The position numbers and the translations under genes are program-made. DNA of 51,073 nucleotides from Opitutaceae bacterium (GTDB taxonomy: Bacteria; Verrucomicrobiota; Verrucomicrobiia; Opitutales; Opitutaceae), in NCBI GenBank assembly GCA_025352845.1, contig JANXSC010000341.1, positions 1 to 51,073 of the forward strand, written 5' to 3'. This document shows positions 1 through 8,912 of the stretch, one piece after another. The notes beneath the pieces were generated by a model. The model was not told where the DNA came from. It ran no database searches and saw only the letters and a list, made by a program, of their open reading frames with translations. How positions within the stretch are numbered: the first letter of the stretch is position 1; every line of letters starts with the position of its first letter.

Positions 1-41
1 GTTGAACGGTGAAAGTTGAAGGACACGCCGCCGTGCGAGAG

Positions 42-156
42 TAACAGGAAGTGAGGTCAGCCCGGTGCCTGCGGTGGCACGGGCGTCCCGCCCGTGGGCG
101 GAAACCCACGGGCAAGATGCCCGTGCCACTCCCAACGTTGACCTCACTTCCTGTTA
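42..156. mobile_element. MITE-like element A: perfect 18-bp terminal inverted repeats (including TA) enclosing a GTGG-type REP doublet
   Basis: TAACAGGAAGTGAGGTCA (42-59) is the exact reverse complement of TGACCTCACTTCCTGTTA (139-156). The inner inverted pair is GTGGCACGGGCGTCCCGCCCGTGGG (74-98) and CCCACGGGCAAGATGCCCGTGCCAC (105-129). No transposase is encoded. Confidence 0.75.
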
Positions 157-268
157 TACCAACGTCCCCTCGCTTTTTGACTGTAGGCCCGGCCGTTGGC
201 CGGGCTCAACCGGCCAACGGCCGGTTCTACAATCGGCCGATAGTCCAAAACCGAAGGGACGTTGGTAT
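156..268. mobile_element. MITE-like element B: imperfect ~27-bp terminal inverted repeats enclosing a GTAG-type REP doublet
   Basis: ATACCAACGTCCCCTCGCTTTTTGACT (156-182) pairs with AGTCCAAAACCGAAGGGACGTTGGTAT (242-268). The core is GTAGGCCCGGCCGTTGGCCGG-GCTCAA-CCGGCCAACGGCCGGTTCTAC (183-230). It abuts element A at the TA at 155-156. Confidence 0.7.
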
Positions 269-337
269 TACACCCCCACCACCCGCCAGCCAACTCCGCG
301 CTTGCGCGTGGCGGGGCGCATCCGGTTTTCTGGCGCG

Positions 338-2104
338 ATGCACGTCTCGTTCAACCTCGCCGCCGATCTTGAGGCGGCGCTCAAGGCCGCTGCGGTCCAA
401 GCCGGACTGGCGGAGGCCGCAGCCTTCACGCCCGAGGTGCGCACCGCCGAGCCGAAGCACGGCGACTTTCAGGCCAACGGCACGCTCGGCTTCGCCAAGG
501 CGCGCAAACTGAATCCGCGCGCGGTCGCCGAGCAGCTCGTCGCCGCGCTGCCCGTCAGCCTCCGCTCCGACTACGAAATCACCATCGCGGGGCCGGGGTT
601 CATCAATTTCACGCTCAAACCCGCCGCGCTGCTCGCGTGGTTGCGGACCTTCGCCACCGCAGCGCAACTCCGCGCCGGAGCCGCCGCCGCGCACGCGGGG
701 CAGACGTGGGTCGTGGATTACTCCTCGCCCAACACCGCAAAGCAAATGCACGTCGGCCACCTGCGCTCCGCCGTGATCGGCGAGGCGATTTGCCGGCTGC
801 TCGCCTTCACCGGCGCGCGTGTCATTCGCGACAATCACCTCGGCGACTGGGGCACGCAGTTCGGTAAACTCATCTACGGCTACAAGCGCTGGGCCGATCC
901 CGCCGCGATCGCCGCCGACGCCATCGAGGAACTCGAGCGGCTCTACAAACTCGGCCACAACGCCACGCCCGACGGTTCGCCCGAGCTCGAAGAGGCGCGC
1001 CGCGAACTCGTCGCGCTCCAAAACGGTGACGCAGAAAACGTCGCGCTCTGGAAAAAAATCTCCGAAGTCAGCCTCGCCGCCTTCCAGCAGATCTACGACC
1101 GGCTCGGGATCAAATTCGATCACCACCTCGGCGAGTCGTTCTACAACGACAAAGTCGAGCGCGTGTATCGCGAGCTGAAGGAAACCACGCCGCCCATCGC
1201 CGAGATCAGCGAGGGTGCGCTCGTGGTGTTTCATCCGGAGCATCCTCGTTTCAAGACGCAGCCCTTCCTCGTGCGCAAGGCCGACGGCGCGAGCAACTAC
1301 GCCTCCACCGATCTCGCGACGGCGCTCTATCGCGCCGAGCATTTCAAGGCCGATGGCATCGTGGTCGTAACGGACTTTCGCCAGGGCGATCACTTTGAGC
1401 AGTTGTTTCTCACCGTGAGAAAATGGTTCGCCGCAAAAAGCTACCGCGTGCCCGAGCTGCACCACGTCACCTTCGGCGCGGTGACGGGCGAAGATGGCAA
1501 GGCGCTCAAGACCCGCAGCGGCGACGTCATCCGACTGAAGGCCCTGCTCGACGAGGCCGTCGATCGCGCCTTCGCGATCGTGGCGGAAAAAAATCCCGAC
1601 CTGCCAGAGGCTGAGCGCCGGGAAATCGCGCGCAGCGTCGGCATCGGCGCGGTGCAATACGCCGACCTCGCGCAAAACCGCAGCAGCAACTACGTCTTCT
1701 CGTGGGACAAGATGCTCGCGCTCGACGGCAACACCGCGCCCTACCTGCTCTACGCCGTCGCGCGCATCCACTCGATTTTTCGGAAGGCCGGCATCGCGCC
1801 CACCGACGCCGCGGGCGAAGCCCTCGCGACCGCGCCCGAGACGCCCACCGAGATCATGCTCGCGCGGAGGCTGACGAAATTCCCCGACGCGCTTCGCCTC
1901 GCGGGCGAGACGCTACGGCCGCATTTTCTCTGCCTCTATCTTTTCGAGCTCGCGGGAGATTACAGTTCTTTCAACAACGCCGACAAAGTCCTCGTCGAGG
2001 ACGCCGTGCTCCGCGCGCGGCGCTTGTTGCTGTGCGCGCGCACCTTGCTCACGCTGGAGACGGGGCTGCACCTGCTCGGCCTCCGCACGCTCACGCGGAT
2101 GTGA
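338..2104 (+). CDS. argS: arginine--tRNA ligase
   Basis: Motifs HGDFQANG, AGPGFINF, VDYSSPNTAKQMHVGHLRS (HIGH-like), HLGDWGTQFG, KALKTRSG, DGNTAPYLLYA and a C-terminal Met. Start placed at ATG 338 because the longer ORF call runs through the repeats. Confidence 0.97.
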   Translation: MHVSFNLAADLEAALKAAAVQAGLAEAAAFTPEVRTAEPKHGDFQANGTLGFAKARKLNPRAVAEQLVAALPVSLRSDYEITIAGPGFINFTLKPAALLAWLRTFATAAQLRAGAAAAHAGQTWVVDYSSPNTAKQMHVGHLRSAVIGEAICRLLAFTGARVIRDNHLGDWGTQFGKLIYGYKRWADPAAIAADAIEELERLYKLGHNATPDGSPELEEARRELVALQNGDAENVALWKKISEVSLAAFQQIYDRLGIKFDHHLGESFYNDKVERVYRELKETTPPIAEISEGALVVFHPEHPRFKTQPFLVRKADGASNYASTDLATALYRAEHFKADGIVVVTDFRQGDHFEQLFLTVRKWFAAKSYRVPELHHVTFGAVTGEDGKALKTRSGDVIRLKALLDEAVDRAFAIVAEKNPDLPEAERREIARSVGIGAVQYADLAQNRSSNYVFSWDKMLALDGNTAPYLLYAVARIHSIFRKAGIAPTDAAGEALATAPETPTEIMLARRLTKFPDALRLAGETLRPHFLCLYLFELAGDYSSFNNADKVLVEDAVLRARRLLLCARTLLTLETGLHLLGLRTLTRM

Positions 2105-2155
2105 GGCGGAAATCACTCTTGCCGCTCGGAAACCGCGCGACCACCCTCCGCGCTC

Positions 2156-2905
2156 ATGGCCACGCAGGAAATCTATCTCCGCAACGCGACCGAGACCGAG
2201 GCCCGCGGCCCGTTTAACCCGCAACACGTGGCCGATCTCGCCGAGGCCGGGCAGGTGACCCCCGACACGTTGATCTACGATGCCGCCACCGAGCAATGGG
2301 TGGCGCTCAGCACGCAGCCGGAGCTGATGGTGATCGTTTTCCCCGAGCGGAAAAAGCTCACGCTCAAGGCCAAGGACATCACCACGCTGAACAAACCCTC
2401 GGACAGCGTGAAACCGATCTCGGTGGACGACATGGTGGCGGCGGCCGAGGGACTCACCGCCGACACCTACGGCAAACGAAATCCGGCCGCAGCCATGGCG
2501 CGCGCCGCGCGGATCGGGATGTGGGGCGCGACGCTCGCACTGGTGCTGGCGGCGGCCGGCGGCATCTTGCCCGGCGCAGCCGCGCTGATATCCGTGGAGA
2601 TGACCCAGTGGCTCGAAAATCCATTCGCCGTGATCGGCGCGATCGACCTGGTGCTCGCGGTGCTCCTCGGGTTGGGCATGACGAATCTCTATCCGCTGGT
2701 GCGTTTCCGCGCCGCGCTGGGTTTCGGCCTGATCGGAGTGATGCTTTACCTGCGGGGCGACACGGTCGCGCTGCTGCCGCTCGTGACGGGGTCGCTTGGG
2801 CTCTACCTTTGCACGGTGTTTGTGCATCTCATCCCGGCGCTCGTGGCCGCGCTCGCGGCCGCCGCAGGCATGGGCGTGCTCGCGTGGCATTTCATCTCGC
2901 CCTAA
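2156..2905 (+). CDS. membrane protein with N-terminal GYF_2 (DUF4339)-like domain
   Basis: IYLR...ARGPF...LAEAGQVTPDTLIY...W pattern followed by about 5 hydrophobic helices. Confidence 0.7.
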   Translation: MATQEIYLRNATETEARGPFNPQHVADLAEAGQVTPDTLIYDAATEQWVALSTQPELMVIVFPERKKLTLKAKDITTLNKPSDSVKPISVDDMVAAAEGLTADTYGKRNPAAAMARAARIGMWGATLALVLAAAGGILPGAAALISVEMTQWLENPFAVIGAIDLVLAVLLGLGMTNLYPLVRFRAALGFGLIGVMLYLRGDTVALLPLVTGSLGLYLCTVFVHLIPALVAALAAAAGMGVLAWHFISP

Positions 2906-2909
2906 GACC

Positions 2910-4403
2910 GTGGCTCAAGCCAGCACACCGATCCCAGCGCAAAAACTCCGGCTCATCGACCGCTGGCGGCGGCTGGTGCATATTTACGAGCGCGAGATCT
3001 GGCAGCCGGCGCACCTGAAAGATCGCACGCCCAAGGGCTGCACCTACGCGGTGCTGCGCGTGCTTTCCATCACGGTCACCGTCTTTATCGAGTCGCGGAT
3101 CGTGAGCCGCGCGGCGGCGCTGAGCTTCGGTTCGCTGCTAGGCATCGGCCCGCTGATCGCGATTGCGGTGCTGGTCGCCGGTTTCGCGCTCGGGAAAAAC
3201 GATCCAAACCTCGTCGCCGATGCGCTCAACCGCATGGTCAAGGTCGTCGCCCCGCAGATCGCGCAATACGAGACCCTCACCCAGACCTCAAACCAGGTGA
3301 ACCCGCAGCTGGTCGACGTGATCAACAAGATCATCGAGTCGTCGAAGTCGGGCTCGGCCGGGGCGCTGGGGATGTTTTCGCTGCTCGCCATCGTGCTGCT
3401 TCATTTCAGCTCGATCGAGGACACGTTTAACGACATCTGGGGCGTGCGCCAGGGCCGCTCCGTGCTGATGCGGATCGTGCTCTACTGGACGGTGCTCACG
3501 CTCGGCGCGGTGCTGTTTTTCTCCGCCGTGGCGCTGCTCGGCGCCGGCACTTTTTTCCACGTGTTCGACGAGAAACTTCCCGGCGAGGCGGGGAAGTTTC
3601 GCGCGCTCGGCTGGCTGATTCAGATTTTCTCCTTCTCGCTGCTCGCGGCGCTGCTCACGCTCTTCTACCGCGTGATCCCGAACACGCGCGTCTTCTGGAA
3701 AGCCGCGCTCATCGGCGGGCTCGTGGTCGGCGGGCTGCTGGTGCTGAACAACGTGGTGGCGTTTCTTTACCTGAAACGCGTTTACCTCGAGCGCAGTCTC
3801 TATGGTTCGCTGGCGCTGCCGCTCGTGATCATGTCGGGCCTCTTCATTTTCTGGCTGTGCGTCCTCACCGGCGGCATCGTGAGCTACGCGATCCAGAACG
3901 TGCATTTCCGCAACAGCCAGGCGGCGTGGGCCAACCTCACGGAGGCGATGCGCGAGCGGCTGGCGCTCGTGGTGTTCCTGACGATTTGCCGGCGCTTCAA
4001 CGAGTGCATGCCACCGATCTCGGTCTCGATGCTCGGCACGCTGCTCAAGGTGCCCGCGCAACTGCTCAACGAATGTCTCAACCGCCTCGTGAGCCTCCAG
4101 CTCGTGACCGCGCTGCGGCCGGACATGCACAGCGCCGCGACCGACTACCACTACCAACCGGCGCGCCCGCTGAACCGGATCACGCTCTACGATTTCAAGA
4201 CGCTCGACGACAACCTCGGCGAAGACTCCGTCGGCTCCACGCTCGAACGCATCGATCCGCTGGTGGCGCACTACACGGCGGCGCTGGCAAAACTCGGCGA
4301 GCAGGAATTTTTCCAGCAAACCGTCGAGCAATTGCTGGCGCAGCACCCGTTCGACGAATCGCGCCCGCCCTTTGCCTTTGGCGAGAAGCGCGGCGCGAAA
4401 TAG
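2910..4403 (+). CDS. YihY/virulence factor BrkB family membrane protein with C-terminal winged-helix-like extension
   Basis: RAAALSFGSLLGIGPL, IEDTFNDIWGV, YRVIPNTRV and LYGSLALPL motifs; C-terminal YQPARPLNRITL. GTG start at 2910 lies 4 bp after the upstream stop. Confidence 0.88.
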   Translation: MAQASTPIPAQKLRLIDRWRRLVHIYEREIWQPAHLKDRTPKGCTYAVLRVLSITVTVFIESRIVSRAAALSFGSLLGIGPLIAIAVLVAGFALGKNDPNLVADALNRMVKVVAPQIAQYETLTQTSNQVNPQLVDVINKIIESSKSGSAGALGMFSLLAIVLLHFSSIEDTFNDIWGVRQGRSVLMRIVLYWTVLTLGAVLFFSAVALLGAGTFFHVFDEKLPGEAGKFRALGWLIQIFSFSLLAALLTLFYRVIPNTRVFWKAALIGGLVVGGLLVLNNVVAFLYLKRVYLERSLYGSLALPLVIMSGLFIFWLCVLTGGIVSYAIQNVHFRNSQAAWANLTEAMRERLALVVFLTICRRFNECMPPISVSMLGTLLKVPAQLLNECLNRLVSLQLVTALRPDMHSAATDYHYQPARPLNRITLYDFKTLDDNLGEDSVGSTLERIDPLVAHYTAALAKLGEQEFFQQTVEQLLAQHPFDESRPPFAFGEKRGAK

Positions 4404-4522
4404 CGCAAAGAAGTGCAGTCCGATAGCGCTGCCGCGCGACTGCACGGGCCGCGCTGCGGCCGGGGCCCGAATTCGCCCTTGCCACCGGGCTCACCCGACC
4501 TAGCTTCCGACGTTTTCCCCCT

Positions 4523-6211
4523 ATGATTTCGTGGATCCAAAAATATTTTCAGCAACACTTTAAGGCGCTGTTCGCCGTGCTGCTCGGCGTCATCATCATC
4601 TCCTTCGTCTTCACGATCGGAGCCCCCGGCATCGGTCGCGCTGACCGGCGGACGATCGAACGGCCGTTTTTCGACTACAATCTGGCCCTCCAGTCGGACC
4701 AGCAGCGGCTCTTCGGCGACGCGGGCCTGAGCGCCACACTGCGCGTCGGACAGTTTGCCCAGTTGGAAAACGAGCAGATCCAGAATTACGCGTTCCAACG
4801 CGCCGCCACCCTCCACCTCGCCGATGCCTGGCACATTCCCGAGGCCACCAACGAGGAAATCAAAAAGCAGATCGAGACCCTGCGCATGTTTGCCGGTCCC
4901 GACGGGCAGTTCGATGCCAAGGCCTACGCTACTTTCCGCGACAACCTAAAGACCAATCCCCGCGGCCGCACCGAGGCCGACATCCGCCGCATCATCAGCG
5001 ACGATGTGCGGGCCGAAAAAGTCCAGGAGCTGCTCGCCGGTCCCGGCTACGTGCTCCCCGGCGAAATCAAACGCCAGTTGGTGCAGGCCGACACGTCGTG
5101 GGCCCTCGCCACCGCGAGCGCCGACTACACCGCCTTCAAGCCCGAGATCAAACCGACCGACGCCGAGCTCACGGCGTTTTTCGAGCAGTCGGGCGGGCGC
5201 TACGACATCCCGCCGCGCGTGGTCGTCAGCTACGTGGATTTTCCCGCGCTGAGCTATGTGAGCGAAATCAAGGTCGACGAGGCCGCCGTGCGCGCGTTCT
5301 ACGACGCGAACCCCTCGCGCTTTCCCAAGCCCGCCGATGCGCCGAAGCCCGTCCTCCCCTCGCCTCTCCTCACGCCCCCCGCCGCCGATCCGGCCGCCGA
5401 TTTTCTGGCAGTGCGCGCGCAGGTCGAGTCGACGCTGAAACTCGAAGGCGCAAAAAAGCGCGCCGCCAAGGCCGCCAGCGATCTCACGCTCGCGATCGAC
5501 GCGGCCAAGGCCAAGACGCCGGCGGCGATTGAAGAATTCCTCGCCAAGGAAAAATACCCGGTCAAGACCTTGCCGCCCTTCTCCCGCGAAGCCGCGCCGT
5601 TGGAGTTGAGCGGTTCGCCCGAGCTGGCCGCCGAGGCGTTTCGCCTCAATGCCGACCGCCTCGTCTCCGACGCCCTCACCACGCCCACCGGCGCGATCAT
5701 TCTTTTCTGGAAGGAAACGCAGGCGACACGGAAGCCGCTCTTCACCGAAGTCCGTGACAAGGTCGTCGCCGACTACACCGAGAGCGAGCGTCGCAAGCGC
5801 TTCGTCGAGCTCGGCAAATCCGTGAAGTCGCAGCTCGATGCCCGCCTCAAGGCCGGCGACACGATCGAAGCCGCCGCCGCGGCCGTCGCCACCACCTCCG
5901 GTCTCAAGATTGAGGCGAAGACGCTCGCCCCTTTCACCCTGCGCTCCCGCCCGCAGGACGCCGACTACACCGTCATCAGCACACTGGAGCGCTTGGAAAA
6001 AGGCCAGGTGTCCGACATGTCGATGGGCGCGGACAAGGGCATCTTCGTTTACGCCGTGGAGAAGAAGGCCCCGGACGTCACCGACGCCAACCCACAGTTC
6101 GCCGCGACGCGCAAACAAATCGCCAGCTACAGTGGTCGCGCCGGTGCCTCCGCTTACCTGTCTGAACTCGTCGAAAAGGAACTCAAGCGCTCCGAGCCCA
6201 AGGCCCCGTAA
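4523..6211 (+). CDS. SurA/PpiD-like periplasmic chaperone / peptidyl-prolyl isomerase
   Basis: N-terminal membrane anchor (LFAVLLGVIIISFVFTIG), GQFDAKAY, PTDAELTAFF and LEKGQVSD motifs typical of SurA_N/rotamase proteins. Confidence 0.8.
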   Translation: MISWIQKYFQQHFKALFAVLLGVIIISFVFTIGAPGIGRADRRTIERPFFDYNLALQSDQQRLFGDAGLSATLRVGQFAQLENEQIQNYAFQRAATLHLADAWHIPEATNEEIKKQIETLRMFAGPDGQFDAKAYATFRDNLKTNPRGRTEADIRRIISDDVRAEKVQELLAGPGYVLPGEIKRQLVQADTSWALATASADYTAFKPEIKPTDAELTAFFEQSGGRYDIPPRVVVSYVDFPALSYVSEIKVDEAAVRAFYDANPSRFPKPADAPKPVLPSPLLTPPAADPAADFLAVRAQVESTLKLEGAKKRAAKAASDLTLAIDAAKAKTPAAIEEFLAKEKYPVKTLPPFSREAAPLELSGSPELAAEAFRLNADRLVSDALTTPTGAIILFWKETQATRKPLFTEVRDKVVADYTESERRKRFVELGKSVKSQLDARLKAGDTIEAAAAAVATTSGLKIEAKTLAPFTLRSRPQDADYTVISTLERLEKGQVSDMSMGADKGIFVYAVEKKAPDVTDANPQFAATRKQIASYSGRAGASAYLSELVEKELKRSEPKAP

Positions 6212-6248
6212 TCAGCGCCACGCGCTCCGTCGCTCCGCCCCCATTCCG

Positions 6249-6285
6249 GCCCGTGCCGCCACCCGTGCAGCACGGGCTTTCCTTT
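6249..6285 (+). terminator. probable intrinsic terminator
   Basis: GCCCGTGC (6249-6256) and GCACGGGC (6270-6277) form a stem followed by TTTCCTTT, just after the 6211 stop. Confidence 0.55.
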
Positions 6286-6324
6286 GGCCCGGGAATCAAG
6301 CAGAAATTTCCCCGTTCTCCCCTA

Positions 6325-6573
6325 ATGCCCCTCCGGTTCTACGCCCCGCTCAAGATTCCCTGCCGCCTCTGCGGGCCGGGATTCGAGCACCCGCAGCCGC
6401 CGGCCGCTCTCGATCTCACCGCGTGTCCGAAATGCGGTCAGGCCGTCCGCCGTGGTGCGGCTCAACCCGTAAATTCCCCGAAACTTTCGGCCCCGCTTTC
6501 CGTCTCGCGCGCCAGACAGGCCGGTTTCACCGTTCTGAAACGCACCCCCGGGGGCGAGTATGAAAGACAGTAA
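6325..6573 (+). CDS. FmdB-family zinc ribbon protein
   Basis: MPLRFY...CRLC...F...CPKCG pattern, 82 aa. Confidence 0.75.
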   Translation: MPLRFYAPLKIPCRLCGPGFEHPQPPAALDLTACPKCGQAVRRGAAQPVNSPKLSAPLSVSRARQAGFTVLKRTPGGEYERQ

Positions 6574-6634
6574 CTTTCGCTCGCCCTCTGTGTTGTATCC
6601 CGCATACCCGGACCTACGCTTTTTCCATCACGTC

Positions 6635-8143
6635 ATGCCACGCTTAATCGCCCGCACCCTGCTCGCCCTCACCCTCAGCCTGCCCGCGTTTGGCCAGAAT
6701 CCCGCTCCGGCCCCCGCCGCCACCGGCAACGCCTTCTCGCTGGAGGACGCCATCGGCCTCGCGCTGAAGAAAAACTTTGATCTGCAGGTGCAGGCCTACG
6801 CCGTCGAAAACGCCAAGGATGCCATCGCGATTCAGGAAGCCGCCTTCGATCCCACGATCAATGCCGCACTGCGCCGTAACGTCTCCCAGTCCGCCTCAAC
6901 CACCAGCCGGCTCGACGGCACGGCGACCACCGGACCTCGCAGCGACAACACCTCGGCGACCTTCGGCGTCACGCTCCCGCGCCTCACCGCGACGAACGGC
7001 ACCGTCAGCCTTAATGCCAACCTCACGCGCGGCGTCACCAACTCGCTCAATTCGCTCATTAATCCGAGCTTTGGCAACGGCATCTCCGCGAATCTCACCC
7101 AACCTCTCCTCAATGGCGCCGGCCATCAGGCCGCCACCGCCGCCCGCGATCGCTCCAAGCTCGGCCTCACCATTGCCACCATCACCTACAAGAGCCGCGT
7201 CCTCACCGTCATCAGCGACACCGAAAACGCCTACCTCAACCTCGTCGCCGCGCGCGAAACCCTGCGCATCCGCCAGCTCACCTTCGACTACAACCAAAAG
7301 CTCTTCGAGGAAAACCAGGCCCGCCGCTCCACCGGCGTCGCCACCGATCTCGATGTGCTCTCCGCCGAAGTCGGCGTCGCCAACGCCCGCCGCGGCATCG
7401 TGCAGGCCGAGCAGAGCGTGGCCGACGCCGAGGACCGCCTGCTGAACCTGATCAACCTGCCGAACTTCGACGCGAAGGTCGGCCCCGTCGCCTTCAACGA
7501 GTATAAGGACGGCGCGCCCAACTTCGCCGCTTCTTACAAGCGCGCCCGCGAATATTACCCCGACACGCTCTCCACCGAGGAATCGATCAAGCAGCTCCAA
7601 ATCGATCTCGAAACCGCCAAGCGCAACCAGCTCCCCACCCTCGATCTCACCGCCGGCCTCGGCTACAGCGCGCGCACCACCAACGAGGGCTACCGCCAGG
7701 CCATCAGCAATCTCCCCAATGACCACGGCAACAACTGGAATCTCGGGCTCGCCTATTCGACGCCGTGGGGCCGGCACGCCGACAAGGCCCGCTACCGCAC
7801 CGCGCAGAGTTCGCTCTCCTCGCGCAAGGTCCAGTTGGAGCAACTGGAGCAGACCCTCCTCGTCAACGTCCGCTCCGCCGTGCGCGCCGTCGAGACCAAC
7901 CTGCAGGCCGTCGAGATCGCCGCCAAGGCGACCGAGCTGGCGCAGCGCCAATACGATCAACAGAAGGCGCGTTTCGACGCCGGCCTCTCCACCAGCCGCC
8001 TCGTCCTCCTCGCGCAGGATGATCTGGAAAACAACCGCTTTCAGGAATTGAGCGCCCGCCTGGCGCTGCGCCGCGCCGCCGCGGAACTCGGCCGCTTGGA
8101 AGGCTCGTCGCTCCAGCGCTTCCGTGTCCAGCTCCCGCAGTAA
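6635..8143 (+). CDS. TolC family outer membrane efflux protein
   Basis: Signal peptide, SLEDAIGLALKKNFDL, two OEP repeats (LPTLDLTAG; RFDAGLST). Confidence 0.92.
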   Translation: MPRLIARTLLALTLSLPAFGQNPAPAPAATGNAFSLEDAIGLALKKNFDLQVQAYAVENAKDAIAIQEAAFDPTINAALRRNVSQSASTTSRLDGTATTGPRSDNTSATFGVTLPRLTATNGTVSLNANLTRGVTNSLNSLINPSFGNGISANLTQPLLNGAGHQAATAARDRSKLGLTIATITYKSRVLTVISDTENAYLNLVAARETLRIRQLTFDYNQKLFEENQARRSTGVATDLDVLSAEVGVANARRGIVQAEQSVADAEDRLLNLINLPNFDAKVGPVAFNEYKDGAPNFAASYKRAREYYPDTLSTEESIKQLQIDLETAKRNQLPTLDLTAGLGYSARTTNEGYRQAISNLPNDHGNNWNLGLAYSTPWGRHADKARYRTAQSSLSSRKVQLEQLEQTLLVNVRSAVRAVETNLQAVEIAAKATELAQRQYDQQKARFDAGLSTSRLVLLAQDDLENNRFQELSARLALRRAAAELGRLEGSSLQRFRVQLPQ

Positions 8144-8225
8144 GCGGAGCCCGCTCCCGCCTCCATCCCTGCACGCGAGCGGAGGATTTTTTGTCCGGTG
8201 AGATTTGCCACGACGATGGCTTGAA

Positions 8226-8288
8226 CGTAGCGCGAAGCTTCCGCCCGCCTCTCAGTGCGCTGAACGCGGGCGGAAGCTCCCCGCTACG
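8226..8288. repeat. GTAG-type REP doublet (inverted pair)
   Basis: CGTAGCGCGAAGCTTCCGCCCGC ... GCGGGCGGAAGCTCCCCGCTACG, with 2 mismatches between arms; intergenic. Confidence 0.7.
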
Positions 8289-8333
8289 ATTGTCGTGCGT
8301 CACTTTTTTGGTCAGCGTCGCCCCCTATCGCCC

Positions 8334-8912
8334 ATGACCGCCGCCCTCCTCCTCCGCGCCCTCTTCTGGCTCTGGTTTCTCGGCGCGCTCGCCGCGGGCC
8401 ACTTTCTCCTGCTGCAACGCCTCCCGCCCGCCGCCATCCCGGCGGTGATCTTCGGCCTCGTCGCCGTGCTGCTGTCTGCACTGTTTCGCATCACCGCACT
8501 GCGCACTTGGATCATGACGCTCGATCTCCGCGCGCTCGTGCTCGTGCATCTCACGCGCTTCGTCGGGATTTATTTTCTCGTGCTCCACCAGCGCGGCGAA
8601 CTGCCCTACGCCTTCGCCGTTCCCGCCGGTATCGGCGACATCGCGGTCGCCGTCATGGCGCTGCCCGTGGCGTTCGCCCCGCTGGAGGCAGGCCCGCGCC
8701 GCCGCGTGATCGTGATTTGGAACACTGTCGGCCTCGTCGACATCCTCCTCGTAATCGCCAGCGCGGCGCGCATCAACCTCACCGCGCCCGGCGAACTCCG
8801 CGCGCTCACCCACCTTCCGCTCAGCCTGCTGCCGACGTTTCTCGTGCCGCTGATCATCGTGACGCACGTGATCCTCTACGTGCGCACCAAGCGCGGGCAG
8901 CCGCTATTTTGA
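8334..8912 (+). CDS. hypothetical integral membrane protein
   Basis: About 6 hydrophobic segments with LVLVHLTRFVG, FAVPAGIGDI, WNTVGLVD and PLSLLPTFLVP motifs. Its 3' end overlaps the convergent gene by 9 bp. Confidence 0.75.
   Translation: MTAALLLRALFWLWFLGALAAGHFLLLQRLPPAAIPAVIFGLVAVLLSALFRITALRTWIMTLDLRALVLVHLTRFVGIYFLVLHQRGELPYAFAVPAGIGDIAVAVMALPVAFAPLEAGPRRRVIVIWNTVGLVDILLVIASAARINLTAPGELRALTHLPLSLLPTFLVPLIIVTHVILYVRTKRGQPLF

Noticed and set aside
42-270. CRISPR array or structured ncRNA
   Set aside because: The repeats are nested inverted pairs, not direct repeats with spacers, and there are no cas genes. One core recurs elsewhere like a dispersed repeat.
65-337. 91-aa N-terminal extension of ArgS in the ORF track, or a T-box-like leader
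   Set aside because: The region is made of repeat elements. ArgS homology starts at ATG 338 and no T-box motif was seen.
8200-8305. TIR shell around the 8226-8288 REP doublet
   Set aside because: Only a 9-bp imperfect match (CACGACGAT / ATTGTCGTG), too short to support.
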